A DNA stretch of 63,905 nt, the filler included. It is 8 parts of 8 records of this genome, joined end to end, with 100 filler letters (N's around TTAATTAATTAA, not from the genome) between each part and the next. Parts side by side here need not be neighbours in the genome. Positions count along the whole stretch, not along the records: positions 8,410 to 20,879 come from SRR31147125_9989; 7 more parts are not named here. One strand, written 5' to 3'. A program made the translations under genes and the position numbers. Shown here one piece after another: positions 9,438 to 19,979 of the stretch. Position 1 is the stretch's first letter. Each line of letters begins with the position of its first letter. The notes beneath the pieces were generated by a model. It saw nothing but the letters and a program-made list of their open reading frames with translations, was not told the origin of the DNA and searched no databases.

Positions 9438-11564
9438 TTGGCTACAAAAAAAGATAAATTGCTGGAGTCCGCGCAAAAAAACCTGAAGAAAAAACAGGTT
9501 TCCAAGGCGATAAAGGATTACGCGAAGATTGTCGAAATTGATCCCGCAGATGTGCGTTCGCGCCAGAAGCTGGCTGAACTTTATGTGCGGAGCAATAAGA
9601 ACACAGAGGCTTACGAACAGTACGAATCGGTTGCTAAGTATTTTTCCAGCAACGGTTTTTATTTGAAGGCGATTGCGATCTACAAGCAGATGCAACGCCT
9701 TGATCCGAGCCAGATCTCCATCTTTAACCGCTTGGCAGAGTTGAATGAAAAGCAGGGTCTTCTCGGGAATGCGATGTCAGAATATCGTAGTCTGGTCGAA
9801 TACTATTCCAGAAACGGCATGCTGGCGGACGAGATCAAAACCCTTGAAAGAATGCATGAACTTGACACGGAAAATTTGAATATCCGTATCAAATTGGCTG
9901 AAGTCTATGCCAAGAATGATCGGAAAGATGACGGTCTTGAAGAACTGGAGTCGATCTTCGAAGTTCTTAGTGAGCAGAATGCTTTCGATAAAATTCTCAG
10001 ACTCTACAAGATGTTTCTCCCGCTGTACCCGGACAACAAAAAAATGCAAATGGGCCTCGCTCTGGCCTTTTATGAAAAGGGTGATTATGGTCGGGGTGTG
10101 ACGATTATCGAGAATCTTCTCAAGGACAAGCCAGAAGATCCCGATCTGCTGCGTCTGGTCGGGCGCGGCTATTCCGATACAAAAAGCTGGGATAAAGCGA
10201 AAAAAACGTTCCTGGCACTGCTGTCAATGGATCCATCTGACCTTGATATGCGAGAGTCTCTAATCCACTGTGAAATCGGCAGCGAACAGTACGATCAGGC
10301 GTTGTCAGAACTGGAAGAGTGGAAGGATACGTTCTTCAAGGCGGATCGTCTGTCCCGTCTCCGTGAGTTCTATGAAATTCTGAAAGACAATCTGGATCAT
10401 AATCAGGTTGTTCTGGAAACCCTCGATTCGATTTACGAATTAACAGGCGAGGGAGATAAACTTCTCGACATCATCTCTGAGAAAGAGGAGCCGGAAGAGC
10501 CTGTTGTTGAAGAGACGCTGTCCGATTCTCTGCTCGGTTCGGCTGAGTTGGATATCTCAGAGACTGAGCTTGAGCTGGAACTGACTGACGATCATGACAC
10601 CCTTGAGTTCGATGTTGTCGAAGATGAGATGATCGATCTTCAGCTTGAATCAATGGATGAAGAGATTGAAGAAGACGAAGTCGGTCGGGATGCTTTTATT
10701 GAGCTGGAAATCGATCAGGAGCTGAGCCTTGACCAGTCTTCTGAGGCTGGGGACGATGAATTTTCCTTCGACATGGCTGACGAGGAGCCTGAAGAAACTC
10801 CCGAGCCCGCCCGTAACCTGAAGGTCGATCTGGAAGAAGCTGAGTTTTACCTGCAACAGGGGTTGTATGACGAAGCTGAGAAGCTTTGTGATGATATCCT
10901 TTCCTATGCTCCCGACTCTGAAGAGTGCCGTCAAAAGATGGCAGAGATATCTGAGCATCGTTCCCGTTCCGATGTTGGAACCGAGGAGAGCGCTTCGAGT
11001 GAGCCCGCAGAAACCGCTTTTGATATTGGATTGTCGGCTGACGAGTTTGATTTCAATCTCGAAGATCTCGATACCGATGAGGAAACTGAGAAAAAAGTTT
11101 TCAAGACCGATGTCGATGAGCAGATTGCTGCTGATGATATGGAGTCGCATTACAATCTCGGGATCGCTTACCGCGAAATGGGCTTGTATGATGATGCGAT
11201 CAGTGAATTTGAGAAAGCAGAGAAAGAGCCAGCACGCTATGTTGATTGTCAGACACTGAAAGGCCTGTGTTTTTCGGACAAGCTCGACTATGACAACGCG
11301 GAGAAGATGTTTCAACAGGCATTGGCGTCAGAATACTTGGAAGAGATCCAGCGCCTGAGCCTTGGTTATGAACTCGGTCTTCTGTATGAGCGTGCCGACC
11401 GATTGAGTGATGCTCTGGCCAGCTATCAGACTGTTTTGGATTTGGACATCAATTATCGTGATGTCAGCGACAAAATTTCCCTTCTGAAAGATTCTCTGGG
11501 AATCGTGGATGACTCAGATGAAAGTTCAAGCGGGGAGAGCAAGGAACGGATCTCGTTCCTCTAG
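9438..11564 (+). CDS. TPR protein with acidic linker (SgmX-like)
   Basis: N-terminal TPRs, long D/E-rich linker, C-terminal SHYNLGIAYREMGLYDDAISEF TPRs. Confidence 0.75.
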   Translation: MATKKDKLLESAQKNLKKKQVSKAIKDYAKIVEIDPADVRSRQKLAELYVRSNKNTEAYEQYESVAKYFSSNGFYLKAIAIYKQMQRLDPSQISIFNRLAELNEKQGLLGNAMSEYRSLVEYYSRNGMLADEIKTLERMHELDTENLNIRIKLAEVYAKNDRKDDGLEELESIFEVLSEQNAFDKILRLYKMFLPLYPDNKKMQMGLALAFYEKGDYGRGVTIIENLLKDKPEDPDLLRLVGRGYSDTKSWDKAKKTFLALLSMDPSDLDMRESLIHCEIGSEQYDQALSELEEWKDTFFKADRLSRLREFYEILKDNLDHNQVVLETLDSIYELTGEGDKLLDIISEKEEPEEPVVEETLSDSLLGSAELDISETELELELTDDHDTLEFDVVEDEMIDLQLESMDEEIEEDEVGRDAFIELEIDQELSLDQSSEAGDDEFSFDMADEEPEETPEPARNLKVDLEEAEFYLQQGLYDEAEKLCDDILSYAPDSEECRQKMAEISEHRSRSDVGTEESASSEPAETAFDIGLSADEFDFNLEDLDTDEETEKKVFKTDVDEQIAADDMESHYNLGIAYREMGLYDDAISEFEKAEKEPARYVDCQTLKGLCFSDKLDYDNAEKMFQQALASEYLEEIQRLSLGYELGLLYERADRLSDALASYQTVLDLDINYRDVSDKISLLKDSLGIVDDSDESSSGESKERISFL

Positions 11565-11594
11565 AGATTATTAGAACAGACAGCTGGAGGCTGT

Positions 11595-12488
11595 ATGGGT
11601 TACACCGATTATTTCAACTTTGATCGCGAGCCATTCTCCAATGCTCCGAATGACAAGTTTTATTTTGACAGTGAGCAGCACAACCAGGCTCTGTTGCGGC
11701 TGAAGTATTCCGTTGACTCAGATAAGGGTCTTGCCGTTCTGGTCGGTGGTGTCGGAACCGGGAAAACGACTCTCGCACGGCGGATGCTGGACAACCTGCC
11801 GATTGAGAAGTACGAATCCTCACTGCTGGTCATGATCCACTCCGGGATAACGCCAGAATGGATTCTTTCACGGATTTGCATGCAGCTGGGCGTTAAGAAT
11901 CCGGACGTTAATCCGTTGAAGATGCTGAAGCAGCTTTATGAGCGGTTGCTGCAAATAGAAAAAGAAGGGCGTAAAGCGGTCGTTCTTATTGATGAAGCTC
12001 AGATGCTCCAGTCTCGCGAACTGATGGAAGAGTTCCGGGGGCTGTTGAATCTGGAAATCCCTGACAAGAAGCTGCTCAACATCGTCTTCTTCGGCTTGCC
12101 AGCCCTTGATGATGTGATGAAGCTGGACGAGCCTCTGGCGCAGCGGGTTGCTTTCAAATACACTCTCAAGCCCCTCTCTGAGGATGAGACAAGACGCTAC
12201 ATTGCTCACCGACTTCAGGTCGCAGCCTGTCAGGCCTCCCCGATACTGGATGAAGCGCTACCCTTGATTCAGAAGTATTCGGGCGGTGTCCCTCGTCTGA
12301 TTAATACGATCTGTGACAATGCCCTGTTTGAGACGTACCTCAGGCGTGGTCAGGAGATCACCGCGAGGATTATCAGCAATGTTGCAGAAGATCTCGGTTT
12401 GATCGCTCTCGATATTGCCCAGAAGGAAGAGGTCGACGATTCCGATATTTTGGACGATCTCGAGATCGTATTCGACGATCCTCAGTAA
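11595..12488 (+). CDS. ExeA/GspA-family AAA ATPase
   Basis: EPFSNAPN, GGVGTGKTT, VLIDEAQML, GGVPRLINTICDNAL. Confidence 0.85.
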   Translation: MGYTDYFNFDREPFSNAPNDKFYFDSEQHNQALLRLKYSVDSDKGLAVLVGGVGTGKTTLARRMLDNLPIEKYESSLLVMIHSGITPEWILSRICMQLGVKNPDVNPLKMLKQLYERLLQIEKEGRKAVVLIDEAQMLQSRELMEEFRGLLNLEIPDKKLLNIVFFGLPALDDVMKLDEPLAQRVAFKYTLKPLSEDETRRYIAHRLQVAACQASPILDEALPLIQKYSGGVPRLINTICDNALFETYLRRGQEITARIISNVAEDLGLIALDIAQKEEVDDSDILDDLEIVFDDPQ

Positions 12489-12514
12489 CAGTTTTTTTCA
12501 GATAAACGAACAAT

Positions 12515-12557
12515 GATAGCGGTTGGAATGAAGAATTCCTCCCGCTATCTTTTTTTT
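12515..12557 (+). terminator. Intrinsic terminator
   Basis: GATAGCGG...CCGCTATC stem followed by T8. Confidence 0.7.
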
Positions 12558-12580
12558 GTGTAACGCGACATAATACCGCT

Positions 12581-14416
12581 ATGAAATCGAAAATACATAT
12601 TCTGCCTGAACAGTTATGCAACAAAATCGCCGCTGGAGAGGTGGTTGAACGTCCTTCCTCTGTCGTTAAGGAGCTGGTGGAAAATTCCATCGATTCCGGC
12701 GCCTCAAGGATTGAAGTTGACCTCGAATCCGGAGGCAAGAAGCTTATTCGTGTCATGGATGATGGTTGCGGCATGAACCGTCAGGATGCGTTTCTTTCCT
12801 TTGAGCGCCATGCAACCAGCAAAATAGAAACAGATGAGGATCTGTTTGCATTGACAACCCTCGGGTTCCGAGGTGAGGCCCTTGCGTCCATCGCGTCTGT
12901 CTCCCGGCTTAAATTGTCGACCTGTGACAATGAGGACGGCTCTGGTCAACACATTTTCGCTGAAGGCGGACGGATCAAGAAATCTGAAGAAGCTGGTCTC
13001 CCTAGAGGGACGGTCATCGAAGTCAGGAACCTGTTTTTTAATCTTCCCGCGAGGAAGAAGTTTCTGCGTAAGGAGCAGACCGAACTGGGGCACGCGGCTG
13101 ATGTCGTCACCAAGCAGGCACTGGCTCATCCTCAGATCAGTTTTGTTTTGAGGCATAACGATCGGGTTCTCCTCGACCTGCGTCAGGAGAAAGCGTTGCC
13201 CGAACGGGTGGCCTCGTTACTTGGCCGGTCGTTGCTCAAAGATATGCATACACTTGATGTTGATGGGCCGGTCAGGGTGTCTGGACTCATTTCTCAACCT
13301 CATCTGAATCGCTCTTCAGCAACGCATATCTACACGTTTATCAATGGGCGCTATATCAAGGATCGAGTTGTCCAGCACGCAGTGATGGAAGGCTATCGCC
13401 ATCTGTTGATGAAAGGCCGCTATCCTGTTGTTGTACTGTTCCTCGATATGGATCCCTCACTTGTCGATGTCAATGTCCACCCGACAAAGCATGAAGTCCG
13501 TTTCAGGGACCAGTCTCTGGTGCACGATTTCATCGCCGAAAGCATTAAGACGATTCTGCGCCCGGCTCAGTGGGTTGAACAACCACAAGGAGTGCCAGAA
13601 GGCGGTTTCTCTGGAGGCCACGGGCAGGTGCCGAGCACTGTTTCTGCATCGGCTCCGGTCTCACCTCCGACGGCGTCACCCGGTTATGCAGATGCCTCCT
13701 CTGGACCACCTGAGATGAACTGGAGGGTTGGACAGGATCATTCGCCGGCACCAGCGCCGGGGCAGCCTCATTCTTATGTCAGGGAGAACGCGGATACCGG
13801 CCAGTATCGTCTTCCCGGGAGCGAGCCGGACGGTTTTTTTTCATCGCTGCAAATTCTTGGTCAGTACCACCAGAGCTATCTGTTGTGTCAGGATGGGGAT
13901 GATCTGCTTCTGATTGATCAGCATGCCGCCCATGAACGTGTCGGTTTTGAAGCCCTCAGACATTCCTTTCATGAAGGGACTATCCCCAGTCAGACCCTTC
14001 TGTTTCCTGAAATTCTTGATCTTGATTTCAATAGTGCTGCGGCTTTGAATGATCATATCGATCATCTGGGATCGCTCGGTTTTGTTGTCGAGCCATTTGG
14101 CGGGAATTCCTTTGCTCTGAAAGCCGTTCCTCAATTATTGTCCGGCCAGACGGTGACTCAACTTGTTGTCGATGTCGCACTGGATCTGGAGCGGATCGGC
14201 CGGACCGGGCAACTGAGAGATTCAATCGATGACGTTCTGATCCGTATGGCCTGTCACAGTGTTGTGCGCGCCAACCAGGCTCTGACGACACCGGAAATCA
14301 AAGCGCTCTTCAGGGAAATGGATAAAATTGATTTCAAGGCAAACTGCCCACACGGTCGGCCTGTCCTGCAGAGATTGACCCTGTCCGAAATTGAAAAGCT
14401 CTTCCGCAGACAGTAA
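12581..14416 (+). CDS. mutL: DNA mismatch repair protein MutL
   Basis: IAAGEVVERP, GFRGEALASI, DVNVHPTK, DQHAAHER, CPHGRP. Confidence 0.97.
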   Translation: MKSKIHILPEQLCNKIAAGEVVERPSSVVKELVENSIDSGASRIEVDLESGGKKLIRVMDDGCGMNRQDAFLSFERHATSKIETDEDLFALTTLGFRGEALASIASVSRLKLSTCDNEDGSGQHIFAEGGRIKKSEEAGLPRGTVIEVRNLFFNLPARKKFLRKEQTELGHAADVVTKQALAHPQISFVLRHNDRVLLDLRQEKALPERVASLLGRSLLKDMHTLDVDGPVRVSGLISQPHLNRSSATHIYTFINGRYIKDRVVQHAVMEGYRHLLMKGRYPVVVLFLDMDPSLVDVNVHPTKHEVRFRDQSLVHDFIAESIKTILRPAQWVEQPQGVPEGGFSGGHGQVPSTVSASAPVSPPTASPGYADASSGPPEMNWRVGQDHSPAPAPGQPHSYVRENADTGQYRLPGSEPDGFFSSLQILGQYHQSYLLCQDGDDLLLIDQHAAHERVGFEALRHSFHEGTIPSQTLLFPEILDLDFNSAAALNDHIDHLGSLGFVVEPFGGNSFALKAVPQLLSGQTVTQLVVDVALDLERIGRTGQLRDSIDDVLIRMACHSVVRANQALTTPEIKALFREMDKIDFKANCPHGRPVLQRLTLSEIEKLFRRQ

Positions 14417-15345
14417 TGGCTATGTCCGAAAAACAACGCCTCATTGTAATTTGCGGGCCGACAGGCTCCGGGAAAACATCCCTCGCACTCTCCCTTGCAA
14501 GCGAATTTCCGATAGAGATCATTTCTGCTGATTCACGGCAGGTGTACCGTTTTATGGATATCGGTACGGCGAAGGCCACCCCGACTGAGCAGGCGCAACT
14601 GCCACATCACATGATCGACCTGATCGATCCGGATCGGGAGTTTTCTGTGGCCCAATTCGTTGACCGGGCAAGGCCATTGATCGATGCTATTATTGAGCGA
14701 GGGTGTCTCCCCTGTATCGTCGGTGGAACAGGTCTCTATATCAAGGCCCTGCTTGGCGGCCTGGCTGAGCTCCCGCAGGGAGATGAAGAACTCAGGAAGA
14801 TTCTTCACGAACGGGAAGAGTCTGGTGGGCCGGGAACTCTCCATGGCGAGCTGAGAGCGATCGATCCGGTGTCCGCGGCTGATATTCACCCGAAAAACCT
14901 TGTACGGATCGTGCGTGCAATCGAGGTTTTTGAACTGAGTGGCCAACGGATGTCCGACCTGCAGCAAAACCACAGATTTTCCGAGCAGCCATACTCTGTA
15001 CTTCAGTTTGCTCCGAACTGGGAGCGGGATGTTCTTTATCAGCGGATTAATCAACGTGCCATCGAGATGTTGCAGGCTGGACTGGTTGATGAAGTCAAGG
15101 ATCTTGTCGAACACTATTCGATCGATCTGAAAGCGTTGCAGACGCTCGGCTACCGTGAAGTTGTCCGCTTTTTTAAAGGCGAGACGACTCACGCGGAAAT
15201 GCTGGATGATATTCAAAAATACACCCGTCAGTATGCCAAGAGACAGTTGACCTGGTTTCGTAAAGAGAAGGAAATAATATGGGTTGATTCCTCAACTGAG
15301 TCTGGTAAAGTGATACAATCTATTGATAATTTTATTAAGCAGTAA
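14416..15345 (+). CDS. miaA: tRNA dimethylallyltransferase
   Basis: GPTGSGKT, DSRQVYRFMDIGTAK, GGTGLY, TRQYAKRQLTWF. Confidence 0.96.
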   Translation: MAMSEKQRLIVICGPTGSGKTSLALSLASEFPIEIISADSRQVYRFMDIGTAKATPTEQAQLPHHMIDLIDPDREFSVAQFVDRARPLIDAIIERGCLPCIVGGTGLYIKALLGGLAELPQGDEELRKILHEREESGGPGTLHGELRAIDPVSAADIHPKNLVRIVRAIEVFELSGQRMSDLQQNHRFSEQPYSVLQFAPNWERDVLYQRINQRAIEMLQAGLVDEVKDLVEHYSIDLKALQTLGYREVVRFFKGETTHAEMLDDIQKYTRQYAKRQLTWFRKEKEIIWVDSSTESGKVIQSIDNFIKQ

Positions 15346-15355
15346 AGGAGCGGAC

Positions 15356-15589
15356 ATGCCTAAATCACCATTCAATATTCAGGACCAGTATCTGAATCAA
15401 GCGCGAAAAGAACGAGTAAAAGTGGCAATTATCATGATGTCGGGTGAAAGGCTGGAGGGGTATATCAAGTCATTTGACAGCTTCTGTATTCTTGCTGAAA
15501 GTGACGGTGATATCCTCATCTACAAGCATGCGGTCAGCACGATTACATCTTCGGATGGTAATTTCCGTCTTCATGGCGGGCGCGACTGA
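15356..15589 (+). CDS. hfq: RNA chaperone Hfq
   Basis: NIQDQYLNQARKE...IKSFD...IYKHAVSTI; AAGGAG RBS; follows miaA. Confidence 0.93.
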   Translation: MPKSPFNIQDQYLNQARKERVKVAIIMMSGERLEGYIKSFDSFCILAESDGDILIYKHAVSTITSSDGNFRLHGGRD

Positions 15590-15612
15590 TTTTGCTGAAA
15601 GTGATGATTTGC

Positions 15613-15643
15613 AAGGCGGTACCGGTTCGGTACCGCCTTTTTT
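15613..15643 (+). terminator. Intrinsic terminator after hfq
   Basis: AAGGCGGTACCG-GTT-CGGTACCGCCTT plus T-run. Confidence 0.85.
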
Positions 15644-15681
15644 CATGTTTTCAGGGCTCTTGTCAACGTATCGGCTGACAG

Positions 15682-15690
15682 TGGTATAAT
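15682..15690 (+). promoter_or_regulatory. Extended -10 promoter element
   Basis: TGGTATAAT 22 nt before the DUF512 ATG; immediately preceded by palindrome TGTCA-N10-TGACA (15661-15680). Confidence 0.5.
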
Positions 15691-15712
15691 CGAGAAAAAC
15701 AGAGGGACGTCT

Positions 15713-17035
15713 ATGTTGAAAATCCAGAACGTTGATACGGGTAGTTATGCTTCTGATATCGGCATTGAGCCTGACGATCAACTGGTCAGTATTAACGGAC
15801 ATACGGTCGATGATCTGCTCGATTATGAACGGCTCGCAGATACAGAGACACTGACCATTGAAATTCTTAAAAATGATGGTCAGCTATGGTTAGTTGAAAC
15901 GGTGAAAGCTCCAGGTGAAGACCTCGGTCTCTGTGTTGAACATCCTCCAGTGCGTCAGTGCGGCAATCAATGTATATTCTGCTTTGTTCATCAGTTGCCG
16001 TGTGGGATGCGAAAATCCCTTTACATTAAAGATGAAGACTACCGTTTCTCTTATCTGTACGGCTCCTATATCACCCTCACCAACCTCACCGAAAAAGACA
16101 TTGCGAGGATTATTGACCAGAAACTGTCTCCGCTCTACGTCTCTGTTCATTCCGTTGATCAACAGGTGCGGAAGAAACTGCTGAAGGCCGATGTGCCAGA
16201 CATTAAAGAGTTAATTCAGCGTCTTACCAGCCACGGGATCGATCTGCATTGTCAGGTTGTCTTGTGTCCCGGGGTCAACGATGGTTCGGTGCTGGATGAG
16301 ACCATAGAGTTTCTTGCGGGATTCCGTCCACGTATCAAGTCGTTGGCTGTTGTGCCGGTCGGTTTAACCAAGCATCGGAATGGACTTCCACCTTTAGAAA
16401 GTGTGACACAGACAGATGCCAGGGCCTGTCTTGATCAGATTAAACACTATCAGGATCGCTTCCATGCGCAGTCGGGTAGCCGTTTTGTGTTCGCTGCCGA
16501 TGAACTTTTCCTCAAGGCAGGTAGCGAGATCCCTGTCTATGAATTTTATGAAGACTTTCCTCAGTTCGAAAATGGCGTCGGAATGATTGCATATTTTCGA
16601 CAACAGGCGACCGAAGTCCTCATGGACGCCGATGAGCTTGACCTGAAGACCGTTTCGCTGATTACTGGTCGATCGTTTTATAGCGAAATGAAATCTTTTG
16701 CCGAACGGTTGAAAGTGCGAACCGGTGTCACCTGTCAGGTTCACGCTATTGAGAACAGTTTTTTTGGCGAGTCGGTCACTGTCACCGGCCTTTTGACCGG
16801 CTGTGATATCATCAATCAACTGTCCGGCAAAGACCTTGGCCAGGCGCTGCTGCTGCCCGATATTGTCATGAAAGATGGCCAGAACCTTTTCCTAGATGAT
16901 TCGGATATTTCAACGATTGAAAACGCCCTCGGTGTTCCCGTTGTCGTCGTGGAAAATTCCCCCTGGGGCGTTCTGGATGGTATGGAGCAGGTGGCTCTTG
17001 GGCCTGTAGAAGTCGTTCGATGCCATGACTCCTGA
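15713..17035 (+). CDS. PDZ-containing DUF512 Fe-S/radical SAM-like protein
   Basis: N-terminal PDZ, CGNQCIFCFVHQLP, KDEDYRFS, ENGVGM. Confidence 0.85.
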   Translation: MLKIQNVDTGSYASDIGIEPDDQLVSINGHTVDDLLDYERLADTETLTIEILKNDGQLWLVETVKAPGEDLGLCVEHPPVRQCGNQCIFCFVHQLPCGMRKSLYIKDEDYRFSYLYGSYITLTNLTEKDIARIIDQKLSPLYVSVHSVDQQVRKKLLKADVPDIKELIQRLTSHGIDLHCQVVLCPGVNDGSVLDETIEFLAGFRPRIKSLAVVPVGLTKHRNGLPPLESVTQTDARACLDQIKHYQDRFHAQSGSRFVFAADELFLKAGSEIPVYEFYEDFPQFENGVGMIAYFRQQATEVLMDADELDLKTVSLITGRSFYSEMKSFAERLKVRTGVTCQVHAIENSFFGESVTVTGLLTGCDIINQLSGKDLGQALLLPDIVMKDGQNLFLDDSDISTIENALGVPVVVVENSPWGVLDGMEQVALGPVEVVRCHDS

Positions 17036-19496
17036 TCGACCGATGGTCATACACCAACTCCCGGTTAAGGGAATGAAGTGTCAGAAGTGTGTTGCCCGTG
17101 TCACAGGGCTGATCGAAGCCTTTCCGGATGTCTCAGATGTCGCTGTCTCACTGAACCAGTCGCAAGCGTCCTTTCGACTGCCTTCCGAATCTCCTGACAT
17201 TATAGAGAATATCGTGAAAACTCTCACGAGAAGTGGGTTCAGCACGCAGAAAGATGTTGTCGTATCAGCTGAAACCCACCAGCAGTTGGAAGGACCGAGT
17301 GCAGAGGGGATGATGACACCACTCCGCTTCAACGTTGCGGGTATGAGCTGCGCGTCTTGTGCTGCTGCTATTGAAAAAAGGTTGTCGAAGATCGCGGGCG
17401 TCGAGGATGTTTCTGTCAATCTTGCTGGTCACTTTACCAGCCTCTCTTATCGCCCTGAACAGATTCAGGAAACTGATATTTATCGCGAAGTTGAGCTGGC
17501 AGGGTTTCAGGTTGTACGCGATCAGGACAAAACAACAGGCAATGAGTCTGATGCTGAGCTTAAGCAGGTGATCATTGCGGCGCTGGGTGCTGTTCCGATC
17601 ATGTTTCTCATGTTTGTTCCGCTCTTAGGTTCCTGGACTGTCTGGATCAATGCGGTTCTTGCCACAATGGTGCAGTTCACTGCGGGTCTCGGTTTTTATC
17701 GCAGTGGCTGGACGTCTCTGAAAAATCGTTCAGCCAACATGGACGTGTTGGTTTCCATCGGGATCACCGCCGCCTATGGTTATTCTGTACTGGCCTTGCT
17801 GGGTTATCTGGGCTCTGATACGACAATCTTTTTTGAGACCAGCGCTATGCTTATCCTGTTTATCCGTTTCGGGAAGTGGCTGGAGTCACGTGCCCGTGGC
17901 CGGGCGGGGTCTGCTTTAACAAAGCTACTCGCACTGCAGGTTGATACGGCAGTTTTATGGTCTGCCGGTCAAGCTGAACAGGTTCCGCTCCGTGACGTCG
18001 TGGCAGGAAATCTGCTTCTGATTCGTCCTGGAGATCGTATTCCCGTCGATGGAATTATCACGGAAGGGGAATCGGCTGTCGATGAGTCGATGATCAGCGG
18101 TGAATCTGTTCCGGTTGCCAAGGATGCTGGGTCTGAAGTGATTGGCGGTACGGTGAATCAAACGGGGCGCTTGATTGTTGAGGCGACCCGGATTGGTGAA
18201 CAGTCTGTTCTGGCCGGTATTGTTCGCATGGTAGAGCAGGCGCAGGGTGACAAGCCACCCATTCAGAGGATTGCCGATCAAGTCTCCAATGTTTTTGTGC
18301 CGGCTGTTCTGGTTTTCTCATTGATGACCTTTTTGGGGTGGTATTTTGCTGCTGGCTCAGAATTTCTGTTCGCCTTCCAAATGGCCATCGCTGTCCTGGT
18401 GATTGCCTGCCCTTGCGCTCTAGGGCTGGCGACACCGACAGCTATCATGGTCGGTAGTTCGGTCGGCCTTGAACATGGAATTCTGTTTAAAAAAGCAACA
18501 GCTTTAGAGCAGATATCCAAGGTTAAGACGGTGCTCTTTGATAAGACGGGAACATTGACGACCGGAACATTTGTTGTCGAAAAGGTGACGGTGTTATCTG
18601 CAGGGATGACAGCGGAGGATCTTCTGGTTCGGGCCGCGTCTCTGGAGCAGGCGAGCAGACATCCATTGGCGCTTGCTGTCGTCGCCGAAGCAGAAAAGCT
18701 CAACCTTGGTCCGATTGAGGTCGAACAGTTTCAGGAAATCGGTGGTCACGGTCTCAAGGGGATTGTCGCCGGACTGGAGGTTCTGTGCGGTAATCGACAA
18801 CTGCTGGTGCGCTACGGAATTGGGTCGGATTGCGGTGAAAGTCATACGATCAGTCAGGGCGAAGAGAAAACACAGATTTTCGTTGCTGTCGATGGTGTGC
18901 TCTGTGGTTGGATCGATCTGACCGATCAGGTCAAACCCGGGGCCCGGAATGCCCTCGATGAAGTGCGAGTCCTCGGAATAAAAACCGTCATGGTGACCGG
19001 GGATCGGCAGGGGGTTGCTGAACGGGTTGCGCAAGCCGTCGGCCTGGAGCAGGTTGAGGCGGAAATTGTTCCCGGACAGAAGCTTGAGATCGTTAAAAAA
19101 TATCAACAGGAGAGCGGTCTGGTCGCCATGGTCGGAGATGGGATTAACGACGCCCCCGCGCTGGCTCAAGCGGACCTTGGCATCGCTATCGGTAGCGGGT
19201 CAGATATTGCCAAAGAAACCGGAGATGTTGTACTTGTCGGCGATGACCTTGCGTCTGTTGCGCGAAGTATCAGGCTGGGGCAGCGAACCCTGTCGAAAAT
19301 CAAACAAAATCTGTTCTGGGCCTTCTTTTTTAATCTCTTGGGGCTTCCCTTGGCGGCGGGTCTTTTTTATCCTCTATGGGGGATCTATCTGAAACCCGAA
19401 TTTGCCGGCTTGGCGATGGCGCTTTCGAGTGTTACGGTAGTGACGAACAGCTTGCTGTTAAGGCGTGAACAACGATTCTTCAGGGAGCCGGAATAG
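17025..19496 (+). CDS. copA: Cu(I)-translocating P1B ATPase
   Basis: Two HMA domains (GMKCQKC, GMSCASC), CPCALGLATP, DKTGTLT, GDGINDAPAL, MALSS. Confidence 0.92.
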   Translation: MTPDRPMVIHQLPVKGMKCQKCVARVTGLIEAFPDVSDVAVSLNQSQASFRLPSESPDIIENIVKTLTRSGFSTQKDVVVSAETHQQLEGPSAEGMMTPLRFNVAGMSCASCAAAIEKRLSKIAGVEDVSVNLAGHFTSLSYRPEQIQETDIYREVELAGFQVVRDQDKTTGNESDAELKQVIIAALGAVPIMFLMFVPLLGSWTVWINAVLATMVQFTAGLGFYRSGWTSLKNRSANMDVLVSIGITAAYGYSVLALLGYLGSDTTIFFETSAMLILFIRFGKWLESRARGRAGSALTKLLALQVDTAVLWSAGQAEQVPLRDVVAGNLLLIRPGDRIPVDGIITEGESAVDESMISGESVPVAKDAGSEVIGGTVNQTGRLIVEATRIGEQSVLAGIVRMVEQAQGDKPPIQRIADQVSNVFVPAVLVFSLMTFLGWYFAAGSEFLFAFQMAIAVLVIACPCALGLATPTAIMVGSSVGLEHGILFKKATALEQISKVKTVLFDKTGTLTTGTFVVEKVTVLSAGMTAEDLLVRAASLEQASRHPLALAVVAEAEKLNLGPIEVEQFQEIGGHGLKGIVAGLEVLCGNRQLLVRYGIGSDCGESHTISQGEEKTQIFVAVDGVLCGWIDLTDQVKPGARNALDEVRVLGIKTVMVTGDRQGVAERVAQAVGLEQVEAEIVPGQKLEIVKKYQQESGLVAMVGDGINDAPALAQADLGIAIGSGSDIAKETGDVVLVGDDLASVARSIRLGQRTLSKIKQNLFWAFFFNLLGLPLAAGLFYPLWGIYLKPEFAGLAMALSSVTVVTNSLLLRREQRFFREPE

Positions 19497-19979
19497 GTGG
19501 CGAAAAAAACAATCATCGGTGTTATCGGTGCTGGAAGGCAGGTCTCTGCGCGCGGTCTGGACACTGCGGAAGAGGTCGGTCGTCTGATTGCCATGCGTGG
19601 ATGGACCCTTGTCTGTGGAGGGCTTGGTGGGGTTATGGAAGCAGCATCCCGTGGCTGTCAACAGGCTGGAGGGGACGTGATTGGTGTTCTCCCCGGAGTG
19701 AGTACTGATAAAGCCAATCCGTATGTCACCCTGCCGATCGTAACCGGGATGGGGCATGCACGTAATATCATTATTGCTCAGACGGCTCAGGCTCTTATTG
19801 CTATTGAAGGTGAGCATGGGACTCTGTCTGAAATTGCGATCGGCCTGAAACTAAACAAGTCGGTTATTCAGCTTGATAGTTGGCTACAGGTTGACGCGAG
19901 CTGTCAGGCTCAGAGCGCGGAGGAGGCTGTGCGTCTGGTGGACGATGCCATTAAAGGAGGATGTGAAAATGTCGGATGA
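19497..19979 (+). CDS. TIGR00725/LOG-like protein
   Basis: CGGLGGVMEAASRG, TGMGHARN, GTLSEIAIG. Confidence 0.85.
   Translation: MAKKTIIGVIGAGRQVSARGLDTAEEVGRLIAMRGWTLVCGGLGGVMEAASRGCQQAGGDVIGVLPGVSTDKANPYVTLPIVTGMGHARNIIIAQTAQALIAIEGEHGTLSEIAIGLKLNKSVIQLDSWLQVDASCQAQSAEEAVRLVDDAIKGGCENVG

Noticed and set aside
10650-15216. Long antisense ORFs (e.g. 10650-11315, 14533-15216) and similar shadows elsewhere
   Set aside because: They lie opposite well-supported genes and show no recognisable motifs.
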